Below, piece after piece: positions 12,035 through 37,200 of a DNA stretch of 64,000 bases. Within the stretch, counting starts at the first letter, position 1, and each line of letters opens with the position of its first letter. The notes below the pieces were generated by a model that saw only the letters and a program-made list of their open reading frames with translations, had not been told where the DNA came from and made no database searches. Origin of the DNA: Macrostomum lignano (lineage: Eukaryota); assembly GCA_002269645.1 (NCBI GenBank), contig NIVC01000845.1:370003-434002 (forward strand), given 5' to 3'. The position numbers were made by a program, and so were the translations under genes.

Positions 12035-13318
12035 GGTGGACTGTGGGGTGGTTTTGGTTGGGGGTGGGGGCCTCGCGCCAGGCTGACTGAATAAGCAATC
12101 GCTGCTATGTACATTGGATAAGAAAAAGAGAAGAGGGTGTTGAGAGCTCTAAATAGATCCTGTGTACATTGTGAAGAGTGAAGAGGGGTGAGAAAGCTAT
12201 TTGCTATGTATGCTTTTTCTAAAATTAGAACCAGCCACTAATGTACATTGATCAGCCAAGAGGGTAACTGATAAGCCATGTACGCGCCATGCTGACCTAA
12301 TATGGCTTATTGTCAGTTGATTAATTTTCTTATTGATCAAGTGGACTTTAATTTGAATTCTTAATTCCTCTCTACGTGTAAGGTTGACCGGCTAAGAGTA
12401 CGTTACTCTCATTGCCAATTAATTCTGCTGTCTGATACTTCAAAGAAAATATTATTTTTCTCCTAATACGGTGTCGGAATTTCACTTTGCGATATTTATC
12501 TATTCTATGAATATGGGACAGAGGTATATTTTAGCTTTGTTTGTTATTTTTTGCAAGCTTTCGATTTCAATCACGAGTCTTAGGAGCCGCTAACTGAGTC
12601 ATTTGAGATCTATACGTAATAGAAGCAATCCAAAATGATATAGCTGGTATTCTATATGTCAAACTGTTTATCAGGAGACTCTGACTGCTTAGGTCTTATA
12701 GCTATGACAACCTAAAATATACCCGGTTGAAGACAATGCACTAACTGAAAAAATTGCAAACAATTTCTAATACTTATTTATTTATAATATTTGTTTATAT
12801 ACAGCCATGCAAACCGGAGGATTCGATGACAGAGATGTCTTGAGAGCATGTTATATCATTTTTGCGATAGCAAGCGACTTCGACTTATATATATAAGATA
12901 AATTTAACTAACTGAAAGAATGAGCATTGCATTAAACACTTATAACAAAGAGTGCCGGAGAAGGGATGGGGCAAGACAAAGAGTTCAGCTGTAGAGTGCA
13001 ACTTCTGGCGCAGAGAGGTGTTTCTTTTTTAATCATTATTCACAGCTGTCTAAATTCAACCAAATTGATAACCTGATTTTCTTGCGAAAACATAAAACAG
13101 GTGCATGTTTAGCGTATTGCACTACTAACAAAAGACAGTAAGTAGTGCAGTTGAAATTTTCGCCCAGAAAATCAATTCCAACAATGAAAAGCACGTAGCA
13201 ATATTAAAGCCAAAAATTGAGTGCCTTTTTTGAAGCCTTCTAAGTGGAGCGCAATTCAATTCTAGGTCCTCAGGTTTGCTTACAAACTGAAAATGAAAAC
13301 CTGCGCTATTGAACTCCG

Positions 13319-22682
<9,364 letters not shown>

Positions 22683-22819
22683 AGCGATGAAGCTGAATGA
22701 CAAACTTTTTACTCGTCTATGGAGTTTCTTTCGATCCGATGGCCGGAGCTTTGCTGGTGCAGAGAGTTTTATTCAGACTGCTCTCTCCGAGGCGGGTTGA
22801 AGGAGCCACCGCTACTGAC

Positions 22820-22865
22820 CGACCAATCACAGGCCGAGAAGCTCCCAGGCCAGCTGTTATTGGCT
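22820..22865 (-). promoter_or_regulatory. Candidate Nkx6 proximal promoter with CCAAT boxes
   Basis: CCAAT on + at 22823-22827 and on - at 22859-22863, 140-180 bp upstream of the ATG in unique sequence. Confidence 0.35.
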
Positions 22866-22999
22866 GGAATAAAAAATGCCGTTTTTGCCGGAGAAACTGC
22901 GGATTGACGCTTCGCTGCTTTGTTGTCGGAAATTATGCAAGTTTTTAGATGCTTGGGTGCCAGTGTCTACAAATGATTCACCGATATTCAAAGTTATAC

Positions 23000-24905
23000 A
23001 GATGATCCATAGATAGATATAGATCTTCAGATGATCCATAGATAGATATAGATTACAGGTGATCCATAGATAGATATAGATCTTCAGATGATCCATAGAT
23101 AGATATAGATTACAGGTGATCCATTGATAGATATAGATCTACAGGTGATCCATAGATAGATATAGATCTTCAGATTATCCATAGATAGATATAGATCTAT
23201 AGATGATCCATAGATAGATATAGATCTATAGATGATCCATAGATAGATATAGATCTACAGGTGATCCATAGATAGATATAGATCTACAGGTGATCCATTG
23301 ATAGATATAGATTACAGGTGATCCATTGATAGATATAGATTACAGGTGATCCATTGATATATATAGATTACAGGTGATCCATTGATAGATATAGATCTAC
23401 AGGTGATCCATAGATAGATATAGATCTTCAGATTATCCATAGATAGATATAGATCTGTAGATGATCCATAGATAGATATAGATCTATAGATGATCCATAG
23501 ATAGATATAGATCTACAGATGATCCATTGATAGATATAGATCAGTAGATGATCCATAGATAGATATAGATCTACAGGTGATCCATTGATAGACATAGATC
23601 TACAGATGATCCATAGATAGATATAGATTACAGGTGATCCATTGATAGATATAGATCTACAGGTGACCCATTGATAGATATAGATCTGTAGATGATCTAT
23701 TGATATATAGATATAGATCTATAGATGATCCATAGATAGATATAGATCTTCAGATTATCCATAGATAGATATAGATTACAGATGATCCATAGATAGATAT
23801 CTATCTATAGATGATCCATAGATAGATATAGATTACAGATGATCCATAGATAGATATAGATTACAGGTGATCCATTGATAGATATAGATTACAGGTGATC
23901 CATTGATAGATATAGATCTACAGGGATCCATTGATATATATAGATCTACAGATGATCCATAGATAGATATAGATCTACAGATGATCCATAGATAGATATA
24001 GATCTACAGGTGATCCATAGATAGATATAGATCTACAGGTGATCCATTGATAGACATAGATCTACAGATGATCCATAGATAGATATAGATTACAGGTGAT
24101 CCATTGATAGATATAGATCTACAGGTGATCCATAGATAGATATAGATCTACAGATGATCCATAGATAGATATAGATCTATAGATGATCCATAGATAGATA
24201 TAGATCTATAGATGATCCATAGATAGATATAGATCTACAGGTGATCCATTGATAGATATAGATCAGTAGATGATCCATAGATAGATATAGATCAGTAGAT
24301 GATCCATAGATAGATATAGATCTATAGATGATCCATAGATAGATATAGATCTACAGGTGATCCATTGATAGACATAGATCTACAGATGATCCATAGATAG
24401 ATATAGATTACAGGTGATCCATTGATAGATATAGATCTACAGGTGACCCATTGATAGATATAGATCTGTAGATGATCTATTGATATATAGATATAGATCT
24501 ATAGATGATCCATAGATAGATATAGATCTTCAGATTATCCATAGATAGATATAGATCTTCAGATGATCCATAGATAGATATAGATCTGTAGATGATCCAT
24601 AGATAGATATCTATCTATAGATGATCCATAGATAGATATAGATTACAGATGATCCATAGATAGATATAGATCTATAGGTGATCCATAGATAGATATAGAT
24701 TACAGATGATCCATAGATAGATATCTATCTATAGATGATCCATAGATAGATATAGATTACAGATGATCCATAGATAGATATAGATCTATAGGTGATCCAT
24801 AGATAGATATAGATCTACAGGGATCCATAGATAGATATAAATCTATAGGTGATCCATAGATAGATATAAATCTACTGATATATCTACAGACAATCTACAG
24901 ATAGA
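23000..24905. repeat. About 29-bp satellite (ATCCATAGATAGATATAGATCTACAGATG)n
   Basis: Directly visible, with higher-order duplicated blocks. Confidence 0.93.
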
Positions 24906-25614
24906 TACGCAGATGACTCTCAGCAACATCCCGGCGTCATCATGGCGCAGAGACCTGCCTCCTTCAATAACGGAGCCCAACACCCTCACAGCGGAGGTGT
25001 CGCAGAAGTTGCTTCGCACACACACGCGCTCGAAGTCAGCTGACGCCCGCACACACAGCTATTATAATAGTCAAATATGCGGCATGAATTGATCTCCAAA
25101 CTCCATCTTGAAATCCCATTTATAAATCGGGAGTTGATATACAAAAAAATGCATCCCTATCTTTACAGAGATAGAAAAAATAATTATGAAAATACCGGAC
25201 GTGCCAGCCAATGCATATTTTAACCCGAGCGGGGCGTCATCTTTGCCAACAATTGTGACCTTCCAATACAGTGATTGTGCGATGCTACACAGCAAATGAA
25301 GTACTGGAATGCGGCTGTCTGTGAGGCTTATAGATTTTAATATTGCCCCCGGTGCGGTAGGCTCCGGTATCCATATTGGTGGCACAAACAGAAAAATTCG
25401 AATGAAAGAGGAGACAGCTGCTGCCTCAGCTGTAACTGTTGCTTCTGCTTCGTGTTGCTGCTTCTGCAACAGGATGCGCTGCCGACCTTGAAGCCAGAGC
25501 GATTGTAAGAAACTTATTTAGGTCTCTTGCATTGCATAACTGCCTCATCATCCACTTTTTAGGAATGCGCTGTTTTTGCTCTAGCAGTTACAGCGTGACT
25601 TGGATTCTGAAGAA

Positions 25615-26898
25615 TGCTGTGTCTGTGTGTGCTAGATGGGGACAGAGGTGCTGTGTCTGTGTGTGCTAGATGGGGACAGGGGTGCTGTGTCTGTGTGTGC
25701 TAGATAGGGACAGAGGTGCTGTGTCTGTGTGTGCTAGATGGGGACATGGGTGCTGTGTCTGTGTGTGCTAGATGGGGACAGAGGTGCTGTGTCTGTGTGT
25801 GCTAGATGGGGACAGAGGTGCTGTGTCTTTGTGTGCTAGATGGGGACAGAGGTGCTGTGTCTGTGTGTGCTAGATGGGGACAGGGGTGCTGTGTCTGTGT
25901 GTGCTAGATGGGGACAGAGGTGCTGTGTCTGTGTGTGCTAGATGGGGACAGGGGTGCTGTGTCTGTGTGTGCTAGATGGGGACAGAGGTGCTGTGTCTGT
26001 GTGTGCTAGATGGGGACAGAGGTGCTGTGTCTGTGTGTGCTAGATGGGGACAGAGGTGCTGTGTCTGTGTGTGCTAGATGGGTACAGAGGTGCTGTGTCT
26101 GTGTGTGTGCTAGATGGGGACAGGGGTGCTGTGTCTGTGTGCTAGATGGGGACAGAGGTGCTGTGTCTGTGTGTGCTAGATGGGACATGGGTGCTGTGTC
26201 TGTGTGTGCTAGATGGGGACAGAGATGCTGTGTCTGTGTGTGCTAGATGGGACAGAGGTGCTGTGTCTGTGTGTGCTAGATGGGACAGAGGTGCTGTGTC
26301 TGCGTGTGCTAGATGGGGACAGAGGTGCTGTGTCTGTGTGTGCTAGATGGGGACAGAGGTGCTGTGTCTGTGTGTGCTAGATGGGGACAGAGGTGCTGTG
26401 TCTGTGTGTGCTAGATGGGGACAGAGGTGCTGTGTCTGTGTGTGCTAGATGGGGACAGAGGTGCTGTGTCTGTGTGTGCTAGATGGGACAGAGGTGCTGT
26501 GTCTGCGTGTGCTAGATGGGGACAGAGGTGCTGTGTCTGTGTGTGCTAGATGGGGACAGGGGTGCTGTGTCTGTGTGTGCTAGATGGGGACAGAGGTGCT
26601 GTGTCTGTGTGTGCTAGATGGGGACAGAGGTGCTGTGTCTGTGTGTGCTAGATGGGGCAGAGGTGCTGTGTCTGCGTGTGCTAGATGGGGACAGAGGTGC
26701 TGTGTCTGTGTGTGCTAGATGGGGACAGAGGTGCTGTGTCTGTGTGTGCTAGATGGGGACAGAGGTGCTGTGTCTGTGTGTGCTAGATGGGGACAGAGGT
26801 GCTGTGTCTGTGTGTGCTAGATGGGGACAGAGGTGCTGTGTCTGTGTGTGCTAGATGGGGACAGAGGTGCTGTGTCTGTGTGTGCTAGATGGGACAGG
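25615..26898. repeat. 34-bp tandem array (GCTGTGTCTGTGTGTGCTAGATGGGGACAGAGGT)n
   Basis: Directly visible. Confidence 0.95.
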
Positions 26899-27716
26899 GG
26901 AGCATGAAGAGCTGGCACGCACAACAGAATGAGGTGATAGGTTAACACGCGAGATTGCTGTTTCAGCTTTCACTCTCGCAGAAGCAAGCAAGCCGCCAAG
27001 AATGCGCCACAAGGCGCTGACGGCAGCTCCTGCTTTTAATTTTTACAGTGTTTAAGTGAGGGGGGCTGCCGCACTCCATGGAGAATTTAATGGCCAAACG
27101 CTGGGGTGAGCGTGAAAGACAATAAAATATTTGACGCCATTTGACACCCTTCTTCCCTCAATTAAGCGGCAAATTCCTTGTGGCTCCGATACTCTTCTCT
27201 TTGGCGGCTTTTTCAGAAAATTGAATGCCAACCTTTAGCAGCGAGTATATTTCTGTTGCTTTTATAGAAGAAGAGCCGGGTAAGAATGGCGGTTGACACC
27301 GAAAACACACTTATGGCGTTATATTGCCGAATTTAGTCACCGAAATGCCCCGAAGTCTAGGGATCTGTTCCCAACTTTATCGCCCGCTTCTTCCCCACTT
27401 ACTCAGATTTTTTGTCACTGATTTTTTTATAGTTGATCGCCCGCTTCTGCGGCAGATCGGCAGGATTTTGAATGTGCCGTCTGTCCGCGGGTTTGAAATA
27501 TTCTTGACAGCAAAGAGACTAACTCCCTCTGCTCCCTCGACGAATGAATTGCGTGACGTCTTGCTGCCTGAAATGATGTTGCTGACGGCAACTTAATTAT
27601 CATAACACCAACCTTAGGTGACAACTCAACACCTGAATAATGTCCTTGGCAGATGAAATGGCGTTCATTGAGTTTGAAAATAACACTTCCTGACGCACTT
27701 AATGCCATCGTGCAGT

Positions 27717-28135
27717 AAATGGCGCCTCTAACACATCTAATGGCGCCTCCAGCACATCTAATGGCGCCTCTAACACATCTAATGGCGCCTCCAACACATC
27801 TAATGGCGCCTCCAACACATCTAATGGCAATTATAACACATCTAATGGCAATTATAACCCATCTAATGGCACTTATAACACATCTAATGGCACTTATAAC
27901 ACATCTAATGGCGCCTCTAACACATCTAATGGCACTTATAACACATCTAATGGCAATTATAACACATCTAATGGCAATTATAACACATCTAATGGCAATT
28001 ATAACACATCTAATGGCAATTATAACACATCTAATGGCACTTATAACACATCTAATGGCACTTATAACACATCTAATGGCACTTATAACACATCTAATGG
28101 CACTTATAACACATCTAATGGCACTTATAACACAT
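27717..28135. repeat. 21-bp tandem array (ACACATCTAATGGCA/GC..TATA)n
   Basis: Directly visible. Confidence 0.93.
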
Positions 28136-28711
28136 GAAATGACTGAATGCACCCTATGCGCACACCTTGGCATGTGTTCCAGTTTCGAATTGAATATCAA
28201 AAGCATCGAAGCCAGCCAGCATCGACCGACAGTTGGGCTGTGAAATTCTGCAAATTTATTGATGACTTCGGATTGCCAAACAATGGGAGTTTTATTGGGA
28301 ATCTGTCAAAGCGCCATTGTTCCAATGCTTTGGCCCTTGCCGGTGTCCCAGAGGGCCAATAAGCAGCGAGGCGTGCTTGATAAAAATTGGTCAAACTTCG
28401 TTCCACAGTTCACCTGTCCATCCGTGTTGAATGTTTGGGCGCAGTTGGCTTGGGATGCACAAACAATGGGGGGGGGATCACAGTCAATCCTAACCGTATC
28501 CTTCCTGCATCTCTGATTATGCCCGTCAGTCATGCCAGTGGAGCTCAACTGCAAGAATGGCAATATTTGATTGAAGCGGGCGGCCTGCCGGTGCCAATAA
28601 TTAAAATATAAATTTCAAATCGGAACTCGCTTTTGTGTTTAAAAAAATAATACAAATTATTTTACCTAAACATTGACTCCATTGGGTAGGAAACCATTTG
28701 AAACATTTCAT

Positions 28712-29275
28712 GCATCCCAGACCTTTTCTAGCGCGCCCTCAGGCACCCCAGCCCTCTTCTAGCACGCCTTCATGCACCCCAGCCCTCTTCTAGCACACCT
28801 TCATGCACCCCAGCCCTCTTCTAGCACGCCTTCAGGCACCCCAGCCCTCTTCTAGCACGCCTTCAGGCACCCCAGCCCTCTTCTAGCACACCTTCATGCA
28901 CCCCAGCCCTCTTCTAGCACGCCTTCAGGCACCCCAGCCCTCTTCTAGCACGCCTTCAGGCACCCCAGCCCTCTTCTAGCACGCCTTCATGCACCCCAGC
29001 CCTCTTCTAGCACGCCTTCAGGCACCCCAGCCCTCTTCTAGCACGCCTTCATGCACCCCAGCCCTCTTCTAGCACGCCTTCAGGCACCCCAGCCCTCTTC
29101 TAGCACGCCTTCATGCACCCCAGCCCTCTTCTAGCACGCCTTCATGCACCCCAGCCCTCTTCTAGCACGCCTTCAGGCACCCCAGCCCTCTTCTAGCACG
29201 CCTTCAGGCACCCCAGCCCTCTTCTAGCACGCCTTCATGCACCCCAGCCCTCTTCCAGCACGCCTTCATGCACCC
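28712..29275. repeat. 31-bp tandem array (GCACCCCAGCCCTCTTCTAGCACGCCTTCAK)n
   Basis: Directly visible. Confidence 0.95.
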
Positions 29276-29719
29276 CTTGTCACCTCTAGCAACTCTTGTC
29301 CCATCTAAAATCTTGAAAGGAATTGCAACTTCAACAAATCAAGAAGAACAGCTCAATTTTATAGCTCTCGTATGAGCTGTCCCACATGCAGTCAAGGCCA
29401 TAGACTATTGCCATGTAGCAGGCCTCTTTCTCGGCTGAACACAAAAATCATGACAAAAATGCGAACTCGCAGAATTCCGCGCTCCTTCATAGCGCATAGC
29501 AACTATTTAAAGCTTGAGTTTTTATTACTCGAGTCTAGCGACAATTTGATTGCCAGCTTGTCATTGAGCCTGGACTTCGTTTTTTAATGGGGCAAATTTT
29601 TACGATTCAGGAACAACCACAACAGCATATGTGAAGATGAAGGGGGCAGCTGTGTAAGAGGCAAAGATAGAGACTGAAATGGCCGAACACAAAGGTTTAG
29701 GGGAAAGGGAGACAGAGGG

Positions 29720-30870
29720 GGAGTGAGACATGGGAGAGAGTGAGACACCAGTTGAGAGAGTGAGACACCAGTCGAGAGAGTGAGACACTAATTGAGAGAG
29801 TGAGACACCAGTCGAGAGAGTGAGACACCAGTCGAGAGAGTGAGACACTAGTCGAGAGAGTGAGACACTAGTTGAGAGAGTAAGACACCAGTTGAGAGAG
29901 TGAGACACTAATTGAGAGAGTGAGACACCAGTTGAGAGAGTGAGACACTAATTGAGAGAGTGAGACATCAGTCGAGAGAGTGAGACACCAGTCGAGAGAG
30001 TGAGACACCAGTCGAGAGAGTGAGACACCAGTCGAGAGAGTGAGACACCAGTCGAGAGAGTGAGACACCAGTCGAGAGAGTGAGACACCAGTCGAGAGAG
30101 TAAGACACCAGTTGAGAGAGTGAGACACTAATTGAGAGAGTGAGACACCAGTTGAGAGAGTGAGACACTAATTGAGAGAGTGAGACATCAGTCGAGAGAG
30201 TGAGACACCAGTCGAGAGAGTGAGACACCAGTCGAGAGAGTGAGACACCAGTCGAGAGAGTGAGACACCAGTTGAGAGAGTGAGACACTAATTGAGAGAG
30301 TGAGACACCAGTCGAGAGAGTGAGACACCAGTCGAGAGAGTGAGACACCAGTCGAGAGAGTGAGACACCAGTCGAGAGAGTGAGACACCAGTCGAGAGAG
30401 TGAGACACCAGTCGAGAGAGTGAGACACCAGTCGAGAGAGTGAGACACCAGTCGAGAGAGTGAGACACTAATTGAGAGAGTGAGACACCAGTTGAGAGAG
30501 TGAGACACTAATTGAGAGAGTGAGACACCAGTCGAGAGAGTGAGACACCAGTCGAGAGAGTGAAACACCAGTCGAGAGAGTGAGACACCAGTCGAGAGAG
30601 TGAGACACCAGTCGAGAGAGTGAGACACCAGTCGAGAGAGTGAGACACCAGTCGAGAGAGTGAGACACCAGTTGGGAGAGTGAGACACCAGTTGAGAGAG
30701 TGAGACACCAGTCGAGAGAGTGAGACACCAGTCGAGAGAGTGAGACACCAGTCGAGAGAGTGAGACACCAGTTGAGAGAGTGAGACACTAGTTGAGAGAG
30801 TGAGACACTAGTTGGGAGAGTGAGACACCAGTTGAGAGAGTGAGACACCAGTTGAGAGAGTGAGACACCA
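29720..30870. repeat. 20-bp tandem array (GAGAGAGTGAGACACCAGTC)n
   Basis: Directly visible. Confidence 0.95.
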
Positions 30871-31439
30871 AGGCCCAATCTGAGCAGCCGGACTCAATGC
30901 CGGCACTAAGAGGCCAAGTTACACAGGCAGAATTGTCACGGTTGCCACGATTCGGTCCCTGACGCGGCGGTGGCAAGATGGAAATAAAGATTGAGCCTGC
31001 AGAAGGCGGCATGGGGCGGCTGGTGTCATTGTGAGCCCTAACACCCGGGCCCAAATAGGCAGCAAATAGTTAAGCGATAAGCCTGATTTGAATGAGGCTG
31101 GGACCAGGGCCTCATCATAATCGATTCGCTAAAGAGAGCGGAGGGTTGCGGATAAATTGAAGCGAATTCTTGGCCGAGATAAGGGCGCCAATAAGATCAA
31201 TTGCAGCGCCGATGGCTTCTCGTCTGGGTGGGGATAACAAGGCAATATTTCCCAGCCTCGATTAGCACAAACGATAACAAACTGCCTGCTCAGGGGTCCA
31301 CGGCCGGTCTCTCCATCAATGCCTTTCTCTCTTATCTCTCCATTTATTTGTCGCGAGCCGAAATCCTTTGTGAATGTCGATTTTTTATGTCGCTTGGCGC
31401 TTGGCGCACCAGTCTCGGTAGCTGCCGTCTGGGCTCCCC

Positions 31440-32145
<706 letters not shown>

Positions 32146-33237
32146 TCCCTCTGCTTATCGAACTTGAACTCGAACATGCTCGAAAGAGTTGTTGTTATCT
32201 AAAATTGTAACAGCAACTTGACTCTTTATAAAATTGCATTGAAACAAATGAAAATTAGCGACCCCAACGCTTGCGAACCCATAGGGGAATCACTGGGATG
32301 AGCTGGGAGCGATCGGAAACAAGCGCCACTCAATTGGCATGCCAGAGCGTTGAGTTTTAATCAGGCGAACCCCGCGTCCATTCGATTAATGGGCTGCTGC
32401 TGCTCGCTCAGATGAAATCGAGGGGGGCGATTCTCCCACGTGAATATGGGGCGGAGGGTAGGGGAGGGAGGGACCCCGGATGATGATGATGAGGCTGCGC
32501 GGATGCTGGGAGGAGGAGCTGGGGCGCCACCCCGCCCCTGATGGATGGCGCTTTGGTGTCCTCATCGACTCCGCATCTCTCGCTGCTCCTTCGCCGCACC
32601 GAATCCCCAAAGGATTTATGATTGCTTTTTCTCCCTCCCGACCGCCTCTTTCGGGCAAACATCTCCCGCTTCTACAAATTGGAAGCGGCCAGCAGACAAA
32701 TTTCCCGGCTGCTGCGAAAATAGCTCAAGGAAATCGAGCGCAATATTCAGCCAAGAATATTGGCGGGAATAAAGAGCGATGCGGACTGAGGATTTTCAGC
32801 GGAGTTGCCAAATGCCGGGGGTGAAGCGGCCGGTTGGCTAATTTGCCCCCCCCTCTAGTAGAAGCTCGTTCATCAAATTTTATGACCTGTTCAATCAAAT
32901 GAAAGCAAATGAAATGAAATTAAATTCTTTGGTGCGCGGAAGAGATTGTCCGTGAATTTATGACCCCGCGAGGAGCTGAGAAGCCCTGACTTTGAGGGCC
33001 GCGGGAGCTCAGCGAATCAATCAGACAGTTGCCCTCCGAATTCGCGGGGAACCTCAGGCTCGGGAGTCAAGGGCCCCTGACTCTGGCTCATCTTTTACAC
33101 TTATGCAGCTTAAGGGAGGCGCACTGGAGTCTCTTTATTCGCAGACTTGAGGTGCAAATTAATGTAGAATGGCATCTGAACTGCTTTCTCAGAAATGTAG
33201 AGTCTAGTTATCCTACTCATAGTAATCCATGTATCCG

Positions 33238-33889
<652 letters not shown>

Positions 33890-34277
33890 TAAGAAATAAG
33901 GCTAAAATGATATGACGCAATAACCAGCGGCATCGCTAACTATGAGAACTCATGCAAATGTATTGTACATTAGTTATTGCAGGGGTGCAGGTCATAAAGT
34001 CCAGCGAAAATCAGTGTAAAAAGTACATAAGGCTTTAAGCTAAACTAACGAAGTACGAATTCCCGATCGTAAACAATGATTGCTGCATTCGGTATGGCTC
34101 AAGCGCTTTAATGAATAAATAATGGGCACAGCAAACCAGCAAACACACTGTTTCTGAAAGAGAAATACACGTATTGCGACTAATAAAATGACTAAGAAAA
34201 GCTAAAGCTGCGTCTGCATGCAAGCAGGTGTGGAAACAGTGCCGTACGCGTGGTGCTTATGGTTCTTCAAATCCTGC

Positions 34278-37200
34278 TCAAGCCTCAGCCTCCGCTTTCT
34301 CGCCATCCGCCGCCGCCGGTGGAGCGGAGGACAGCGGGACGGAGCGGAACTTCCGGTAGAAGGACTGCACGTAGGTGAAGACGCATTTCCAGTCCGGATT
34401 CTTCATCTTCATCATGTCCTCCACGTCTAGCAGGGGGGCAATGTCTGCCACTTTCCTGTGGGAGGTAAAATTCTCAGTCATGTTCTCACAGTCTCACAGT
34501 TTCACAGTCTCACAGTCTCATAGTCTCACAGTCTCACAGTCTCACAGTCTCATAGTCTCACAGTTCCAGTCTCACAGTCTCATAGTCTCACAGTTCCAGT
34601 CTCACAGTCTCATAGTCTCACAGTTCCAGTCTCACAGTCTCACAGTCTCACAGTCTCACAGTCTCACAGTCTCACAGTCTCACAGTCTCACAGTCCCAGT
34701 CTCATAGTCTCACAGTTCCAGTCTCACAGTCTCACAGTCTCACAGTCTCACAGTCTCACAGTCTCACAGTCTCACAGTCAAAGTCTCACAGTTTCACAGT
34801 CCCAGTCTCACAGTCTCACAGTCTCACAGTCTCACAGTCTCACAGTCTCACAGTCTCACAGTCTCACAGTCTCACAGTCTCACAGTCTCACAGTCTCAGA
34901 GTCTCAGTCTCAGAGTCTCAGAGTCTCACAGTCCCAATCTCACAATCCCAGTCTCACAGTCCCAGTCTCACAGTCTCACAGTCTCACAGTCCCAGTCTCA
35001 CAGTCTCACAGTCTCACAATCCCAGTCTCACAGTCCCAGTCTCACAGTCTCACAGTCTCACAGTCCCAGTCTCACAGTCCCAGTCTCACAGTCTCACAGT
35101 CCCAGTCTCACAGTCTCACAGTCTCACAGTCCCAGTCTCACAGTCTCACAGTCTCACAGTCCCAGTCTCACAGTCTCACAGTCTCACAGTCCCAGTCTCA
35201 CAGTCTCACAGTCTCACAGTCCCAGTCTCACAGTCTCACAGTCTCACAGTCCCAGTCTCACAGTCTCACAGTCTCACAGTCCCAGTCTCACAGTCTCACA
35301 GTCCCAGTCTCACAGTCTCACAGTCTCACAGTCTCACAGTCTCACAGTCTCACAGTCTCACAGTCTCACAGTCTCACAGTCTCATAGTCTCACAGTTCCA
35401 GTCTCACAGTCTCATAGTCTCACAGTTCCAGTCTAACAGTCTCATAGTCTCACAGTTCCAGTCTCAGAGTCTCACAGTTCCAGTCTCACAGTCTCACAGT
35501 CTCACAGTCTCACAGTCTCACAGTCTCACAGTCTCACAGTCTCACAGTCTCACAGTCTCACAGTCTCACAGTCTCACAGTCTCACAGTCTCACAGTCTCA
35601 GAGTCTCACAGTCTCAGAGTCTCAGTCTCAGAGTCTCAGAGTCTCACAGTCTCACAGTCTCACAGTCTCACAGTCTCACAGTCTCACAGTCTCACAGTCT
35701 CACAGTCTCACAGTCTCACAGTCTCATAGTCTCACAGTCTCACAATCCCAGTCTCACAGTCCCAGTCTCACAGTCTCACAGTCTCACAGTCCCAGTCTCA
35801 CAGTCCCAGTCTCACAGTCTCACAGTCCCAGTCTCACAGTCTCACAGTCTCACAGTCCCAGTCTCACAGTCTCACAGTCTCACAGTCCCAGTCTCACAGT
35901 CTCACAGTCTCACAGTCCCAGTCTCACAGTCTCACAGTCTCACAGTCCCAGTCTCACAGTCTCACAGTCTCACAGTCCCAGTCTCACAGTCTCACAGTCT
36001 CACAGTCCCAGTCTCACAGTCTCACAGTCCCAGTCTCACAGTCTCACAGTCTCACAGTCCCAGTCTCACAGTCTCACAGTCTCACAATCCCAGTCTCACA
36101 GTCCCAGTCTCACAGTCTCACAGTCTCACAGTCCCAGTCTCACAGTCCCAGTCTCACAGTCTCACAGTCCCAGTCTCACAGTCTCACAGTCTCACAGTCC
36201 CAGTCTCACAGTCTCACAGTCCCAGTCTCACAGTCTCACAGTCTCACAGTCCCAGTCTCACAGTCTCACAGTCTCAAAGTCCCAGTCTCACAGTCTCAGT
36301 CCCCCACTCACTCCGCCGTGTCGAAGGCGAGCTGGAAATTCTTCCGCCTCTCGCTGGCTTTGAGCTCGTCGAAGTTGAACGAATCCGGGTGGAAATTGTG
36401 GATGAGCGCGCAGAAGGCCAGACCGTCAGACCAGGAGCTGCTGAAGTTGGTCACGCAGACGCCCTGAAATCATTCACAAACAGTTGTGAAAAATCAGCAT
36501 TTGAAAACAAACGTTTACAAGCGATAGTTATGAAACCTTGTCTTTGTAGTTTTTAGTGGCGGCCTGGCACCACTCCAGCAGCATCTGCTTGATCTGGCTG
36601 GGGTTTCTGGTGACTCCGCCTCTGGCCGCAGGCTGGCGACTTCCGGCCTGCAGGTAGCTGAAAGAATCAGCAATATGGGGATTCGCGAGGCACCGAAATA
36701 CGGCGTACCAGCAGCCCCTACTTACTTATACATTCGCTCAAGTTGACAAGCCCCTCACCTCACTCCAAGAATGTACATTCACTCCAGTTGACAGCCACTC
36801 ACATCACCCCAAGAATGTACATTCACTCCAGTTGACAAGCCACCCACCTCACTCCAAGAATGTACATTCGTTCCAGTTGACAAGCCACCCACATCACCCC
36901 AAGAATGTTACATTCGCTTCAGTTAAGAAACCACCCACCTCACTCCAAGAATGTACATTCACTCCAGTTGACAAGCCACCCCACTCTGTACACCATGAAT
37001 GTACACCAACTGTACTCACGCTGGCGCAGCCTTAGCCGCCTCGGGATTATTGGCATTGTCCATCGCCTTGAAGGCGCTCATAGCCGACTTGGGCCGGCCC
37101 CCTCCCGGTTGGCTGCCCACGGCTCTCGGGCGGCCTGGGTGTTTCGGGTTAGTGCAGAACGTGATTTGCGGCTCTCTCGGATAATTTTTTCCAGGGCAGG

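Noticed and set aside
25071-25469. 132-aa minus-strand ORF
   Set aside because: No motif or splice support, and the codon use is unlike the real genes in this window.
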